Below are positions 37,900 through 51,299 of a stretch of DNA of 64,000 nt, piece after piece. The notes under the pieces were generated by a model. That model was given only the letters and a program-made list of their open reading frames with translations, did no database searches and was not told where the DNA came from. The position numbers and the translations under genes were made by a program. Numbering within the stretch: the first letter of the stretch is position 1; every line of letters begins with the position of its first letter. Source of the DNA: Octopus sinensis (taxonomy: Eukaryota); assembly GCF_006345805.1 (NCBI RefSeq), contig NC_043004.1, forward strand, positions 31,558,001 through 31,622,000, in the 5' to 3' direction.

Positions 37900-38320
37900 A
37901 GTAGACGTGGCTGTATGATAAGAAGCTCGCTTCCCAACCAGGTGGTTCCGGGTTCAGGCCCACTATATTATGACACCTTGGGCATACTTCTACTATAGCT
38001 CCGGGCTGACCAAATTTGATAGACGGAAACTGAAAGAAGCCCGTCGAATATACATATATATATATATAATATATAATATATATATATTTGTGTGTGTGTG
38101 TGGTGTGTGTGTGTGTGTGTCTTTTGGGTTTGTGTTTGTCTCCCCATCACAGCTGACAACCGGTGTTGGCATGTTACGTCTTCGTACTTAGCGGTTCGGC
38201 AAAGATGAATGATAGAATAAGTACCAGGCTTTAAAAAGTAATGGAGTCGATCCGTTCGACTAAAAGAATTCATCAAGGCGGTGCCCCAGCATGGCCACAC
38301 ATGACAAAAGAAACACACAT
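37900..38320 (+). mobile_element. SINE family A, older copy
   Basis: All modules present, diverged. Confidence 0.8.
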
Positions 38321-38449
38321 TGCCAAAAACATAAATTACTCATAAACATCAACATATACATGTAAATAGGTTTATGTCCTTTGTTTATGTTTACATGCAT
38401 TCGCTTGAAAAACTATAAGCCATCTCCGGGGAAAAAATGATGATATACT

Positions 38450-38780
38450 CTTTTAGTCTTTTACTTGTTTCAGTCATTTGACTGTGGCCATGCTGGAGCA
38501 CCGCCTTTAATCGACCAACTCGACCCCGGGACTTATTCTTTTGTAAGCCCAGTACTTATTCTATCGGTCTCATTTTGCCGAACCGCTAAGTAACGGGGAC
38601 ATAAACACACCAGCATCGGTTGTCAAGCAATACTAGGGGGACAAACACAGACACACAAACACACACACGTATATATATATATATACATATATACGACGGG
38701 CTTCTTTCAGTTTCCGTCTACCAAATCCACTCACAAGGCTTTGGTCGGCCCGAGGCTATAGTAGAAGACACTTGCCCAAA
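38450..38780 (-). mobile_element. SINE family A, head-truncated
   Basis: Reverse complement from the tail to the CORE-like block. Confidence 0.88.
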
Positions 38781-39157
38781 ACAATCATCATCATCATCCT
38801 CATTATCATCATTATTATTATTTAATATGGCAAGCTGGCAGAATAGTTAGCGCGTCGGACAAGATGCCCAGTGGTATTTACCCCAGCCCTTTACGTTCCG
38901 AGTTTAAATCATGTCAAGTCCAATTAGCCATTCATCCTTTTGAGGTCGATGCAGTCGACTATCCTCATTACCCTCAAAGTGCTGGCTTCGAGTCAATATT
39001 ATTTGGTGAGCTGAGCATCAATTCTTTCAACTCTTTACGTTCAGAGTTCAACTGCTACCACGGTGGGTAATTGTTTGACACCCAGCGGGATGAAAAAATA
39101 AGTCCTGACAAAGGGTGAAAAGACACACACACATATCTATCTATCTATCTATCTATC

Positions 39158-39199
<42 letters not shown>

Positions 39200-39204
<5 letters not shown>

Positions 39205-40075
39205 CTCTCTCTCTATATATATATATACATTATATAAAATCCGTTCTGTCTGTCTGTGTGTGTATCTTCTAGGATCTCGGGCATCCTCCATCCGATTGCG
39301 CCCAAATTTGATATATACATACAAATTTGACGGTATCAGGGCGTGTATAAGTCTTGAAAAAATTACAAAAATCGATTCCAGGTGAGAATGCGATCGATAA
39401 AGCCGTGGGAACGTGCATTCGTACACGCAAGTACATCAGCTGCTCGTTAATTTTACTTACAGTGCTGTTTTTTGGAGTCAGTATTGCTCTTTCACACAGG
39501 CAAGCGAGATTGTGAGGATTTTCCTTCAAATTGGGAAATACCGGGGCTTTAAGATCATCAACAGTATTATCGAAAAGCATCTTACCATGTTCAAGTGTCT
39601 AAATGTCCTTAGCAAATTTTGCTGACGGTCGGTCGCCGTACAGTTCAGTTCTCATGTTGGTGTTAAGAGTCAATATTGTGACCTGGTTTCACAATGGAGA
39701 GGATTTAAGACAAGCTCGGACTTCATCTGCCCGGGTTCCTTTGGGAATAACTGGAAGAGTCTACTTGAAATCTCCAGACAACAGAAGTATAACACCTCCT
39801 ATTGGATCCTGACAGTCTCTGATGTAAGGTTTTATGAAGTGCTTCAAGAGCTCCTTTGTGTGCCATGGTGCATTCATTCCATACAATGAGCTAGCGCCTT
39901 CTTAGCATTTCTGCCTTGTCTAATTTCTTACTGATGTTGCAAGTAGGTGTATCAGATGTTGCCAAATCCAGAAGAGGCTTAAAAGTTGAGGGTGCTGTCC
40001 TGCCACTAGGCAGCAAAGTTGCAGTAATCCCAGAGGATCCCACGGCTAACACGATGTCCATGAGCAGCAAAATTT
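39200..40075 (-). mobile_element. Helitron PIF1-type helicase fragment fused to a Helitron-N-like end
   Basis: Minus frames read LAVGSSGITATLLPSGRTA, IVWNECTM, LSGDFK*TLPVIPKG, LKSSPL, CERAILTPKN. The plus strand at 39200-39390 has a Helitron-N-like start (TATAAAATCCGTTCTGTCTGTCTG). Confidence 0.88.
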
Positions 40076-40080
40076 AAGAA

Positions 40081-40345
40081 AGTGTTTATTGAGCAAAAAC
40101 ACCTAAAGCTCCACGTTGTTCCGGCAGGGGTGGTGGCGAACCTTGCTGTACTCCTTCACCACAACTTTCTCTCACTCATTCTTCTTGTTTCAAAGGGCCA
40201 CTCTGTATTAGGCTAAAACTCCCCGAGAACTACGTTAAGAGTACACGTGTCTGTGGAGTGCTCAGCCACTTGCACGTTAATTTCACAAGCAGGCTGTTGA
40301 TTGGATCAACTGGAATTCTCGTCATCGTAACCGACGGAGTGCCAT
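40081..40345 (+). mobile_element. SINE family C body and tail (head missing)
   Basis: Matches the reverse complement of the 11627 element; ends GTCATCGTAACCGACGGAGT. Confidence 0.7.
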
Positions 40346-40350
40346 AGTTG

Positions 40351-40384
<34 letters not shown>

Positions 40385-40934
40385 GTGCATAGATACATAT
40401 AAGTGAATATGTGCGCATGTATATGCATATATGTATGTACATGTATATTTTATATATATGCATATATATATATATCAATTGAAGCCAATGATCATGTTGT
40501 CCACAACATTAACAACAACAACTATATTACCTAATTACAATATTCTTTTTTATCTTCCCTTTTCAATAATTCTGAATAGAGAATAATAAGAGCAGAAAAC
40601 AAAGCGGCGTATTACAATGGCATGTCCTATTGCAAATGATTGAGTACACGCACATCCATGGCTACGTATGATAGGCATTTGTATTTATGGTCACGTGGTT
40701 CGTGAGGAGCAGAACAGCAGCATGCTCTAAGAGAGGAACATTTTGTATAAGATTCCTACGGAATATAATTGAGTTCATTTACAGTGATCGAAAGTACCTT
40801 ACAAGAGCAACGGAATCAATGCCTAACCAACGTATGATTGGCGCCCACATCAGCCACGCGAATATGCATGTTCAACATGGCTGCCGGTCTAAATATTTTT
40901 ATATTATTATATACACTGATAACGTTAATAGCGT

Positions 40935-40968
40935 GTATGTGCATATACATATATATATATATTATAAT

Positions 40969-41002
<34 letters not shown>

Positions 41003-41004
41003 AT

Positions 41005-41038
<34 letters not shown>

Positions 41039-41580
41039 ATATATATATGTATGTGCGTATATGTGCATGTGTGTGCATGTAAATATTACGTACATATGAA
41101 TGTATATACGTATGTATGTATGTATGTATGTATGTATGTATGTATGTATGTATGTATGTATGTGTGTATGTTTGTATGTATGTATGTATGTATGTATGTA
41201 TGTATGCATGTTTTTATGTAGGTATGTATGCATGTATGTGTGTATGTATGTATGTTTGTATGTATGTATGTGTGTATGTATGTATGTATGTATGTGTGTG
41301 TGTATGTATGTATGTATTATGTATGTATGTATGTATGTATGTATGTATGTATGTATGTTTGTATGTATGTGTGTGTATGTTTGTATGTATGTATGTGTGT
41401 GTGTATGTATGTGTGTATGTATGTGTGTATGTTTGTATGTATGTATGTATGTATGTATGTATGTATGTATGTATGTGTGTATGTATGTATGTTTGTATGT
41501 ATGTGTGTATGTATGCATGCATAAATATATACATGCGTGCGTTTGCATATATGTGTATAGGTTATGCATGCAAGCATGCA
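40935..41580. repeat. About 650-bp compound (TA)n/(TATG)n microsatellite
   Basis: Direct reading. Confidence 0.97.
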
Positions 41581-41680
41581 TGTATGCTTTTTCTTACGTA
41601 TGTAATTATGTATTTCTAGTTATTTATGAGAATGTAATGCAGAACGCATGTGTATGTCAGCATGCCTCTTTTTCTGCTCC

Positions 41681-41735
<55 letters not shown>

Positions 41736-41952
41736 CTGTCTGTCTACTTGCCTGCCTCTCTTGCTCCCTCTCGCTCCACCACCCTCTTTCTCTCCCTGAC
41801 TTTTAAAACAGAAACACAGACACACATATAGAAACTTTACATAACACAAATATAAATACGCTAATGTGTATGTGTGTATGTACATATGCATGTACCTCAT
41901 TCACATAGATGTTTGGTTTGTAGCGGGAAAGCGTTATTCATTTATTCATAGA

Positions 41953-42338
41953 CTAGCAGTATCGCCCGGCGTTGCTCAGGTTTGTAAGGGAAATAACTAT
42001 AAAGCATTTTTGGAGAGTTATAGCCAAAAAATAGCAAAAACATGGAAAAAAATGATGGTAAATTTTTTTGAGAGTTAAAAAAGTTGGAGTTGCGTCCCCA
42101 TGACAATTTTTGGTTTGTGTTTCTGATTCTCGACCCCATGTCGAATTTATCGATTTTTTTCAGAACTGGGGGAACTTTTCAAAATTTTCGCTGCGTTAGT
42201 TTTGAATTATGACATTGGGCTATGTGTGTGTCAAGTTTCATCAGAATCGGTTGAAAGCCGTGGTCAGGGTGAGGGTACAAGCAAACAGACACACAGAAAC
42301 ACGCACAGACAAACTGCCGTTTATATAGAGAGAGATGA
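41953..42338 (-). mobile_element. Non-autonomous Helitron, family 1
   Basis: 5' TC at 42338, hairpin CTGAGCAACGCCGGG, CTAG at 41953-41956. Confidence 0.88.
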
Positions 42339-42369
42339 ATTTTGCCAGAAGACATTATTAGTGGTATAT

Positions 42370-42452
<83 letters not shown>

Positions 42453-42734
42453 CACGGACACACATATAAAGCTTATTGAAAACGTCGTAAGTGATGGACC
42501 CTTGATGAAATTGCAGTTACTAGGATGCATAATTGCATACGGAGCAATGTGTAGTTGTTGTAATTGAAACTTATGTTGGCCATTGTTATATATGCTGCAG
42601 AAAACTTTTTAAATAAAATGTTATGGACGTAAATAAATCTCCACTTCCCTATTCGTTTTCAATTATATATATGCGCGAGCGCGTGTTATGTATGTATGGA
42701 TGGATATATGAATGTATGTATGCATGTATAGATG

Positions 42735-42802
<68 letters not shown>

Positions 42803-42829
42803 TATATATATATGATGATTGCTTCATCT

Positions 42830-44290
42830 TGAGCGATGATAGCCGTTTCATCAACACACACACACCACACCCCATCACAGTACAATCACTCCGTTCATGA
42901 CCGCTTAGATGACTTTTAAGACCAGCTGCTGACTGACAGGGTTTAAAACACAAGTGACAAACATTATTCAAGTTTCTTCTGGATCTTTGCCTTTTGGAAT
43001 CTGATACTGAAAGTATGTTTTTGTGAACTATCTTATATCTTTTACGTCCAATCACTTTTGTTCATATCTAGTTTCTTCAGGTCTTCCTTCAACCAGTCTT
43101 TATACCTTTTCCTCAGATTATGTTGTGGTCACTTAACAGAGTTGAGCTTCACCATAAAAATGATGCTTTGGCAAACGCTCGTCTCTCATTCTAATAACAT
43201 GTCCAGTCCATCTCATTTGAGCCAAGATAACATGTTGTTCAACTGAGCTGCAACGTGTCATGCGCAAAACCTCTGTATCTGGTATGAAACATGCCCATTT
43301 GACTCCTAAGATACGTCTGAAGCACATTTGATGAAATCTCTCCAGCATTTTTATATGACGCTTGTAAGTGGTCCGTGTCTCTCTTGAATATAAAAGTGCA
43401 GACAATATACACGCTTTACAGACATTGATTTTTGTCTTCAAGGAAATACCTCTATCCGCCTATACTCGCTTTTCTAGCTTTCCAAATGCAACAATTCCCT
43501 TCCCTATTCGACAGTATATCTCTGCATCAAGAATATCATCTCTTGACAGTGTGCTTCCTAGGTAAACAAAGGTGTCAACGACTTCTAACCTTGTTCCATT
43601 CACAAAAATGTTTGGTTCAGAATATGTTTGCCCTAGTACTTTGTTTTTCTCCAAACTAATTGTGAGTCCGAAATGTACACATGCAATGGAAAATCTGTCC
43701 ATTAAATGTTGCGTATTCTCCTCTGAGTGTGCCAATAAATCAGCAGCATCAGCATGAAGTAATTCTCTAACAAGTATTCTGAAAGTCTAACAAGTATTTT
43801 GAAAGTATTTTAAAAACACGACCAGATGTCCGAAATCTGATTCCGGTTCCCCTGTTGCAATCCTTGAAATCATGCCAAAGCAATGCATCAAAATAAATAG
43901 AGAAAAGTGTAGGGGCAAGAATATCTCCCTGTTTGACACCGTTGTCCACCGAAAAGTCATGAGATAGCTCACCATTAAAGACTACCTGAGCTCACAAAAT
44001 GTGTTGGACAATCAAGTTTACACAAAACAATCCACAGTGCTTCCTGTTCAGTGTGTCAAATGCCTTAGTTAAATCTATGAAGATCTGGTATAGTGGCATT
44101 TGTTCCTTTAAGCATTTCTCTTGAACTTGCCTCACAGAAAATATCATGTTCTGTTCATTATTCCTCACTCGGGTCTGAAACCACACTGTTCTTCAGGAAT
44201 CACATGTGGACACATTCTCAACAAGACGATCTAACATGATTTTTGAAAGTATCTTTCCGGTATGTGCCAGAAGAGTTATCCCTCTAGAAT
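42830..44290 (-). mobile_element. RTE-clade LINE, 5'-truncated, internal deletions
   Basis: RGITLL, IDLTKAFDT, GVKQGDILAPTLF, FVYLGS, RWTGHVIRMRDERLPK, terminal finger [21 protein letters not shown]. Confidence 0.93.
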
Positions 44291-44358
44291 TGCTACACTG
44301 CTTTCGGGCCCTTACCCGGAATCATGTGGCTGGTAAAGTGATAAATAGATTTGGTAAC

Positions 44359-45068
44359 TTGTTTGAAAGTAAAGTGTTTGGCTAATGAGTCCGTGTAGAA
44401 CCTATATGGTGACGGAACACCAGTGACCGACAAGAACTCTCCCAGGCAGAAACCCAGCTGACTAAAGGTCCTAAATCCCAACAAAAGAATCTTAAGAGTC
44501 TCTAACGAAATATATACGGTATTTTATTAGCGAGTGTGAGCAGTTGTAGAGAGGGGGCATTTATAGTGATAATGGCTTTTATACTGTTAATGTATGTTGT
44601 GAGAATGACTTTTATAGCACGAATGGTTTTCGTTGGAATGAATTTTAATGTGAGAATGTCTTTTATTGTGGGAAAATATTTTATTGTGGGGGTCGCCTAT
44701 AATGTGGGAATATCTCTTATTATGGAAATGGTATTTATATTATTTATAGTGATAATGGCGTTTATTGTGAGAATGCTTTTAATGTGGGAATGGTATTTAT
44801 TGTGGGAATGGTTTTTATTGCAGGGATGATGACTTGGATGGTGATAATGCTTTTGTCGTGCTAAAGGATTTTATTGTGAGAATGGTTTTTAATATGGGCA
44901 TGGTATTTATAATGATTATGGCTTATATTATGGGAATGATTTTTATTATGGGAATGCCGTTTATAGTGATAATGGATTTTATAGTGTTAATGGCTTTTAT
45001 TTCACTGGTATTCCATCACCAATAGGTTCTGCACGGACTCAGTAGCCAAACACTTTACCCTCAAACAA
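44359..45068. mobile_element. Unclassified foldback/MITE-like element with internal 18-bp minisatellite
   Basis: About 68-bp inverted repeats (44359-44426 and 45002-45068) flank a degenerate (TTTATTGTGGGAATGGTN)n array at about 44540-45000. Confidence 0.75.
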
Positions 45069-47044
45069 TCAGTGATAACGCAAAATAGTATTCCAATTAT
45101 TGGTGGAAGAACAACGAATAAAAGCACGGAAAATACACGGGGAAGCCAATTCTCCGAGTTTTTTTTAACGAAAGATGAGACTAAATGCTAGCAATAAGAT
45201 ACAGTGGTATAGAGACGTCAAAAATAATAATCTTTCATATTAAACCGTTTTTACATGATATAAACAGGAGGCTTCTGTATGGCTGTCCGACATGCTAAGG
45301 ATAACAGCTAAATTTCCCTTAAATCAAACCATACTGCCTTATAAAAATCACACATTTGGTAATATGGTTTTGGATCCATTGCCTGAAAATAACATGGTGA
45401 TTGTCAGGCTGGAACTCTTTGACTAAAGTCTGTATCGTCAGAACCGACCTGAGTTAACCAAAGTACAACAATGTCAGTTACATTCGGTTTGGCGTTTCCG
45501 AAGTTTTACTGTTTTTTCATATAAAACAAATCTATTGTCTTCAAAATGTAACACATTCTGTATGTTTGCAATGTCGTTCAATTAGTTATTTCGCACTTTA
45601 AGTTTAATTATTATTCATCGGGTAGTTTCCATTGGAGACCCTAGGGAATGGTGAAAACGATAAGGATTTTGTAAAGATGTATGAATAGTTTGCTTGTAAG
45701 TTATTCAAATATATTCCAGTATTTTTCTGTGTATGTGAATGTGTGTGTGCATGCGCGCGCGGATGTGTGTGTGTGTGTGCGTATGTGTAAGTATCTGTGT
45801 TTGTGTATGTTTAAATGTATTAGACGTAATGAGAGGAATGTTGGTGACATTTCATCTTCTATTTTAGCTTTCCGTTATATGTACATGAATCAGTTTTGTG
45901 TCAACGTGCTACACCAACAATTTCACTTTTGTTCTGACACAGCATATTGTTCAGTATCGCTTAAAAACACGTCATACACTAACTTACTAATGAGAGTAGG
46001 GGTTATCTGTATTTGGTCCAAGTTAAACGAAACATGAATATTAAAACAGATAATCTCTGGGGTATTGACGTTAGCCTTTCTATTGATCGATCTCTATATT
46101 TTTGCCAGTTATATTTTATAAAAAAATCTATCAGTTTTTTCTTTATATATTTTACTTTTTGCATACTTTTGTATTCTTAGAAAATGGAAAACAAATGTCA
46201 TTTTTCATTCACCAAGTCCTCTCCCTCCTCTCTCTTTTTCATCAACATTGAAAGTCTCTGAGGTAATGGACATTTTAATGCAATACATTTTTGTCGTATC
46301 TTCATTCTACAGACAACAATTAATGATAAAAATTCTCTCTCTTTAATTTTTCTTATAGTGTCGATATTTACTTACAAGCATTAATTTCTAGACACGTAAG
46401 AACATTATCTACAAATACTTTCTTAATTTATTTCTTGTTTGATCATTCATTCTCGTTAACAACTTATGGTTTCCTCGTTATAATTCTTTTGAGAATGATG
46501 AGTAAACTCTCGAGACCTGGCCAATATACGAGGACATTGATTTCTGATGTTATTTCCATATCATAATACGAAGTACAAGAGTGACTAATTACAGGCCACC
46601 GTGTATGCGATTCCATTGATTCAAAAGTTCTGCTCAGTTTAAAAAAAAAAGAAACTTAAACCAGAAGCTGAGATATGTTAGGTGATCAATACAAGCCACA
46701 GAGTATAAATATGGTACGTATTTTTAGAGTACGTTATACTCTGTAACTGGTACTTCATTTTAGAGTCTGTCGCAGGAATGTTAGCAGACTCCCCAACTCA
46801 CTGCCTAGGAATTGAACCCGAAATCACTGTGTTCAGACATTAAAGTAATTGTCAAGACCAAAACAGGATTCTGTCAGAGACTAATGACGTTAGCAAGCAA
46901 TTAGCTATTCAGGTCCCTGATTAACACATTAAGATTTTGTTTTTATTAGTAACTGGACTGACCGTCGAAACCAGGTATTGGTGGTCGACCCTATCGAAAT
47001 CTTTAGATTGATCCAAATTGATCACGGTCCTTCACATTCCAAGA

Positions 47045-47500
47045 TCCTTAACTTACCCTGTCTATGATGTATCGTATGAGGTGGAAGTTGTCGTGGATGG
47101 ATTTGCTTGGGATTAGGCATGTTTGTGCATCACCAATCAACTCCCCGACGACGAGCGTCAACTTCTTTGTTAACACCTTGGCCAAAATGCTAAAGTCTGC
47201 CTTCAGCAGCGTTATGGTCCTAAAGCTTCTATTTGATTTCCTTTTTGGGGGTCCTTTCTTAACAGTGCCACCACTCCTCGACTCATAGAATTGGGAATTC
47301 TTCCGTTCTGCTGCCAGTTGCTGTAGGACCCCTGCCAAAAGGCCGCCAGTTGCGGTAGATATCCGCCAAAAGGCACACAGAAGTAAACTTTATAGGGCAG
47401 ACCATCCAAACCAGGCGATTTGTCCCCTGTGCAACTCCTCATCGCATACCGTATTTCCGCAGCTGTTATCGGTGTTTCGCAACACTGCCCCACTTTCCAA
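47045..47500 (-). mobile_element. Tx1/L1-clade LINE RT fragment
   Basis: PITAAEIRYAM...KSPGLDGLPY...ITLLKADFSILAKVL...QTCLIPSKSIHDNFHLIRYII. Confidence 0.88.
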
Positions 47501-47849
47501 CAGTCGTGGAATAATAATAGTAGTGATGATAGACTCTCCCATCGAACAGTGTTCAGCTTATGCCGAATGACATGCAGAAATGATTTTTTTATAGTGATCA
47601 AATGTATGTGTCGTACATTAGCTCACTCCCTCCATCTTCCTGAACAGATGTGCTGTGTACCACACGTCAGGTGACGAAGTGATCGAAGTGTTTTGCTCAA
47701 GAACGCAACGCACCACTCGGTCTAGAGCTTTAGACCACGATCTCGCGATCATGAGCGCAACAACCTAACAACTAATCATAATAAAACCAGGCATGATCGA
47801 GTTGGCCAATACTTTCACTAGAGAGTATGCCGTCACTATATTATCCCAC

Positions 47850-48110
47850 ACCCTAAGAACTGGTATGAATACCATCCAGAGCAAGTCACTAATGGAGAGA
47901 ATTACCAGCCTATGGGATTATAGGATACATACAGATACGCAAATAAATACTAATTGATCAGAAGTCAACATCAAAGACCTAAAACAAAAAAGGCCTGTTA
48001 ATTGATATGACAGTGCCTACTGATAGAAACATAGCAGCAAAAGAATTTGAAAAGCTATCAAAACATAAGGACCTTGAGACTGAAATATCTAGGATATGGC
48101 AATTAAAAAA
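47850..48110 (+). mobile_element. R4/Dong-like RLE fragment
   Basis: LLIDMTVPTDRNIAAKEFEKLSKHKDLETEISRIW (RLE active-site region). Confidence 0.8.
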
Positions 48111-49021
48111 ACAAACAAACAAACCATCCCACATTGTGCCCAAAGTGGGAATTTATTTTTTTGGAAGTTTCCCCCAGATCTTTAAAATGCATATTTTCTG
48201 GTTCTCTAAACTCAAGAGATTACAAAGCAAAAACCTGAGTTTAAAATAATGTACGGTTCAATTTTTATAGCTCTTTAAATTTGGCCAATTCAACGAACTT
48301 TACATTTTTTTTATTATCATAAGATTGAACATATTTTCTTTCACAAAAAAGATTTTTTAGCCTCCGTTTGAACTTATTTGCAAGCATTTTTATTGTCTTT
48401 CAGTCAAGCTACAGCCTAGAGTGCATAGGCCAACATAAATTTGAGAAAATACGAGATGCATTAAACATTTTTGGTAAAGCCCCCTCAAACTTGATAATTT
48501 TTTTTTAAATGACAAATTTTAACATATTAAGGGCTAACATATTTGACATCCTCAGCGTTTTTTGTAAACTGGGGGAAAAATTAGTTCAAAAGGGTTAAAA
48601 CACCACACAGAAAGTATAAATCCTATTTGGGTACCAAACATCAAAACAAACCAAAATTGGATAAAATCGGTAGTTATTGACCCCCAACGTGATTAAACAA
48701 GTATAAAAACAGGAAAATGGATTCAAAACCTGATAAACTTCTTGAAATAATTGATCTTAAATGCACTTTTTTTTTTGTATTTAGCCTACTTTATGGTATA
48801 AAAATCTGATTAGGAAGGCCTGATTCCACCTTGAGGATTTTACCTTGCTTACGCCGAAACTGAAGAAGGGCCAAAACACGAGATAACAAAAAGAAAATCC
48901 CTGGATTGAAATTTCGCTATAGTCTCCCCGCGCAAAAGAAAAAATACAATGAAAACCACCCACCCCCACCAATGATTCACAAAGAAAATCAGAATCATTT
49001 GCATTAAATTGTGAAGACTGA

Positions 49022-49390
49022 TCACAACAAATATTGAAACAACAATGCTAAACAATAAATATGCGTAACATGGACCAGTCGGTAATATAGTGATTCAATT
49101 CTTGATCGCTCTTCTGTCAAAGCAGACATCTTATGTTTTGAAGAACGAGCTGTGTGACCAACTTCACTACAAATAGAACAACTTAGGCTGGGAAGTTTCG
49201 AAGCAAATTCTGGATGCGTCATGATGGACATTCTTCTGAAGATGTCATGGATATTATCTTGCAGATAATCATTTTTAACCGCAATACACCAAAAAGGCAA
49301 TTTTGGTCGATATGCTCTGATTTGGTTATTTGAATTCAGACCCCTATAAACTAAGAAAAAACAAATAAATTTGGTTCCAGCTGATAACAT
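49022..49390 (-). pseudogene. Transposon-like ORF remnant with a CCHC-like knuckle
   Basis: CSICSEVGHTARS in a 122-aa ORF without splice signals; family unidentified. Confidence 0.35.
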
Positions 49391-49939
49391 TTAAAATTGT
49401 GGTTCAAACGAGCCCTCAACCGCTATCAGGTGATAATTTTAACCCAAGATATGATTTTTTTTCCCCTGAAATAGCCAATCTGGGCACAATGTGCATCCCT
49501 GTTGTAGGTGTCCTGGAAATGATCAAGAAAGGTAATGACAACTTTTTTGACCAGATTTCTGTGAAACCAACAATCAAAAAATTGGGTTGACATCAACCGT
49601 CCACACTCTTAGGGAAGTTCTTCTCCATCTAATATATACGTGCCTTAGGTCTCTGGTTGAGACCCAGTCGGAAGATGAAATTTTTTATTAACCACAAGGG
49701 TCTACATTAAGAAAAATATTGTCGACAGTACAGGACAAAACAAAGAATGTGTGTATCGCGAAAATCTCAACAATTCTATGCGGTAAAAAGATTAGAAAGT
49801 GACAACATTCCCACAAAAAGCCTTCTTGGTAAGAGCGTATTCAACACAAAATTAAGCTACTTAGGTCTGACATAGAATGTTTGAAAAACAATAAGTTTAA
49901 CAAGACTATCAAACCTACAAAAACCCGAAATTAAATAAA

Positions 49940-50230
49940 AAATATAATATGAAAACCATATTTGACATTGATACAACCATAGAAACCATCAAGCAAAACA
50001 TATGTGCTAAAGCTGCTCGCATAGCAAGGTATGAAAAGCGCGTTAGATTCTTCAAGGGCAACAACATGTTCAAAAATAACCCCAAAAACTTTTTACAGGA
50101 AGATAGGGAAGATACCAGTTACAGTAAAGTCTGTCCCATCAAAAGAAGTGCAGGAATTTTGGAATAAAATTTGGGCAGAAGAAAAAACACACAATGAAAA
50201 GGACCCTTGGATTGATAGAATATCTACAGA
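49940..50230 (+). mobile_element. R4/Dong-like pre-RT fragment
   Basis: AKAARIARYEKR...NNMFKNNPK.FYR...FWNKIW, typical of the R4-type region upstream of RT. Confidence 0.7.
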
Positions 50231-50249
50231 CTTAGAATCAGCTTTTGTT

Positions 50250-51190
50250 ACTGTGATCTATTGATCGTTCAGCTCTTCCTTCTCCATGTCATTGCAGTTG
50301 ATGTTGGTTTGGGAGGAAAAAATTCAGGAGAAACTTGCGTTTCTATGACAACCGGGGGTAGACTCCTTCTTTATCTTGGTTTGGGAGTGGGTTTATGAGA
50401 AGGTGTATGAGTCTTGAGCACTTGTTTATGATTTTTCACTTGTGGTGTTTGTAATGCTGGCAGCAGTGAGACTTTATTTTCCATTGTTTCGGGGCAGGAA
50501 ACCTTTAAGTGGTTTACAGATCCACATTTGTGACATCTTGGCTTTCTACCCTCCTCGAACACTGACAGGTGAGTACCATCCGGGAGATCGATTAGATCGG
50601 GCAGCTGGTCGATATGGTCCCGTTTTTATTGCAAGGTCAGTTCCATACCTATACCTAACCAGTTATGCTTAGGTAGTTTCTTGACCTCCAGTATTGTGAC
50701 TTCATCTTCTTCTCAACCTGCCAAAATGGCCGCCACTAACCAGGTAATGGATATTTCTGGCGGCACACTCGGCACCCTAATCTTGGCAAGATGTTGGCCG
50801 CGATAGCCGGGGATAAAAAAAGTTGTCATTCCTCAAAGTAGTTGCGGAATTACATCTAGTTTCTTCTTCTGTCCCAAATCTCACCTCAATGGTCCCAAAC
50901 TTCTTTCCTCATGTGATGTAGATCTTCTGTTCCCACACGCGCCCAACACATTTTTGTACTTCGATCTCGGAAGCATTTTCCAACCGCCGAGACTTAACTC
51001 CGATGCAACAGTATATAACCGTGCATTTTGCGATATTTTCTATCACCTCCGATGGAGGGTTTAGAGCTACCCATCTCCCATCTCTTTTTACAATTTTTAT
51101 TGCTAATTTTCTATCTTCTTCATCTATGTGGAAACTTTCCATATTTCTCGCCGCTGACGCAAATGACGCAGTGGCGATATTTGCGTTTTA
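50250..51190 (-). mobile_element. Tx1/L1-like LINE 5' end with ORF1 (CCHC knuckle)
   Basis: ATG at 51142; frameshifted ORF containing EGRKPRCHKCGSVNHLKVSCP. Confidence 0.65.
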
Positions 51191-51299
51191 ATGTTTCATT
51201 TCTTTCGTATTGTTGTTGCTGCTATTATTGTTTTTGTTATTATTGTTGTTGTTGTGCTGTTGTTGTTTTTACTGTCGCTGTTGCTGCTGCTGTTGTTGT

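Noticed and set aside
40925-41831. Long ORFs of 218-243 aa, and similar MYVC/HT/YI/RE/poly-H/poly-P ORFs across the window
   Set aside because: They are translations of (TATG)n, (TA)n, (CA)n, (GA)n, (CAT)n and (ACC)n microsatellites.
44540-45000. Regular repeats as a CRISPR array or as a membrane-protein ORF (MVFIVG)n
   Set aside because: The units are contiguous and degenerate with no unique spacers, in a eukaryotic context; the ORFs are a by-product of the 18-bp period.
46880-46985. Possible fourth hammerhead (GAAACCAGGTA with upstream CTAATGA)
   Set aside because: The core is mutated and neither stem I nor stem II pairs correctly.
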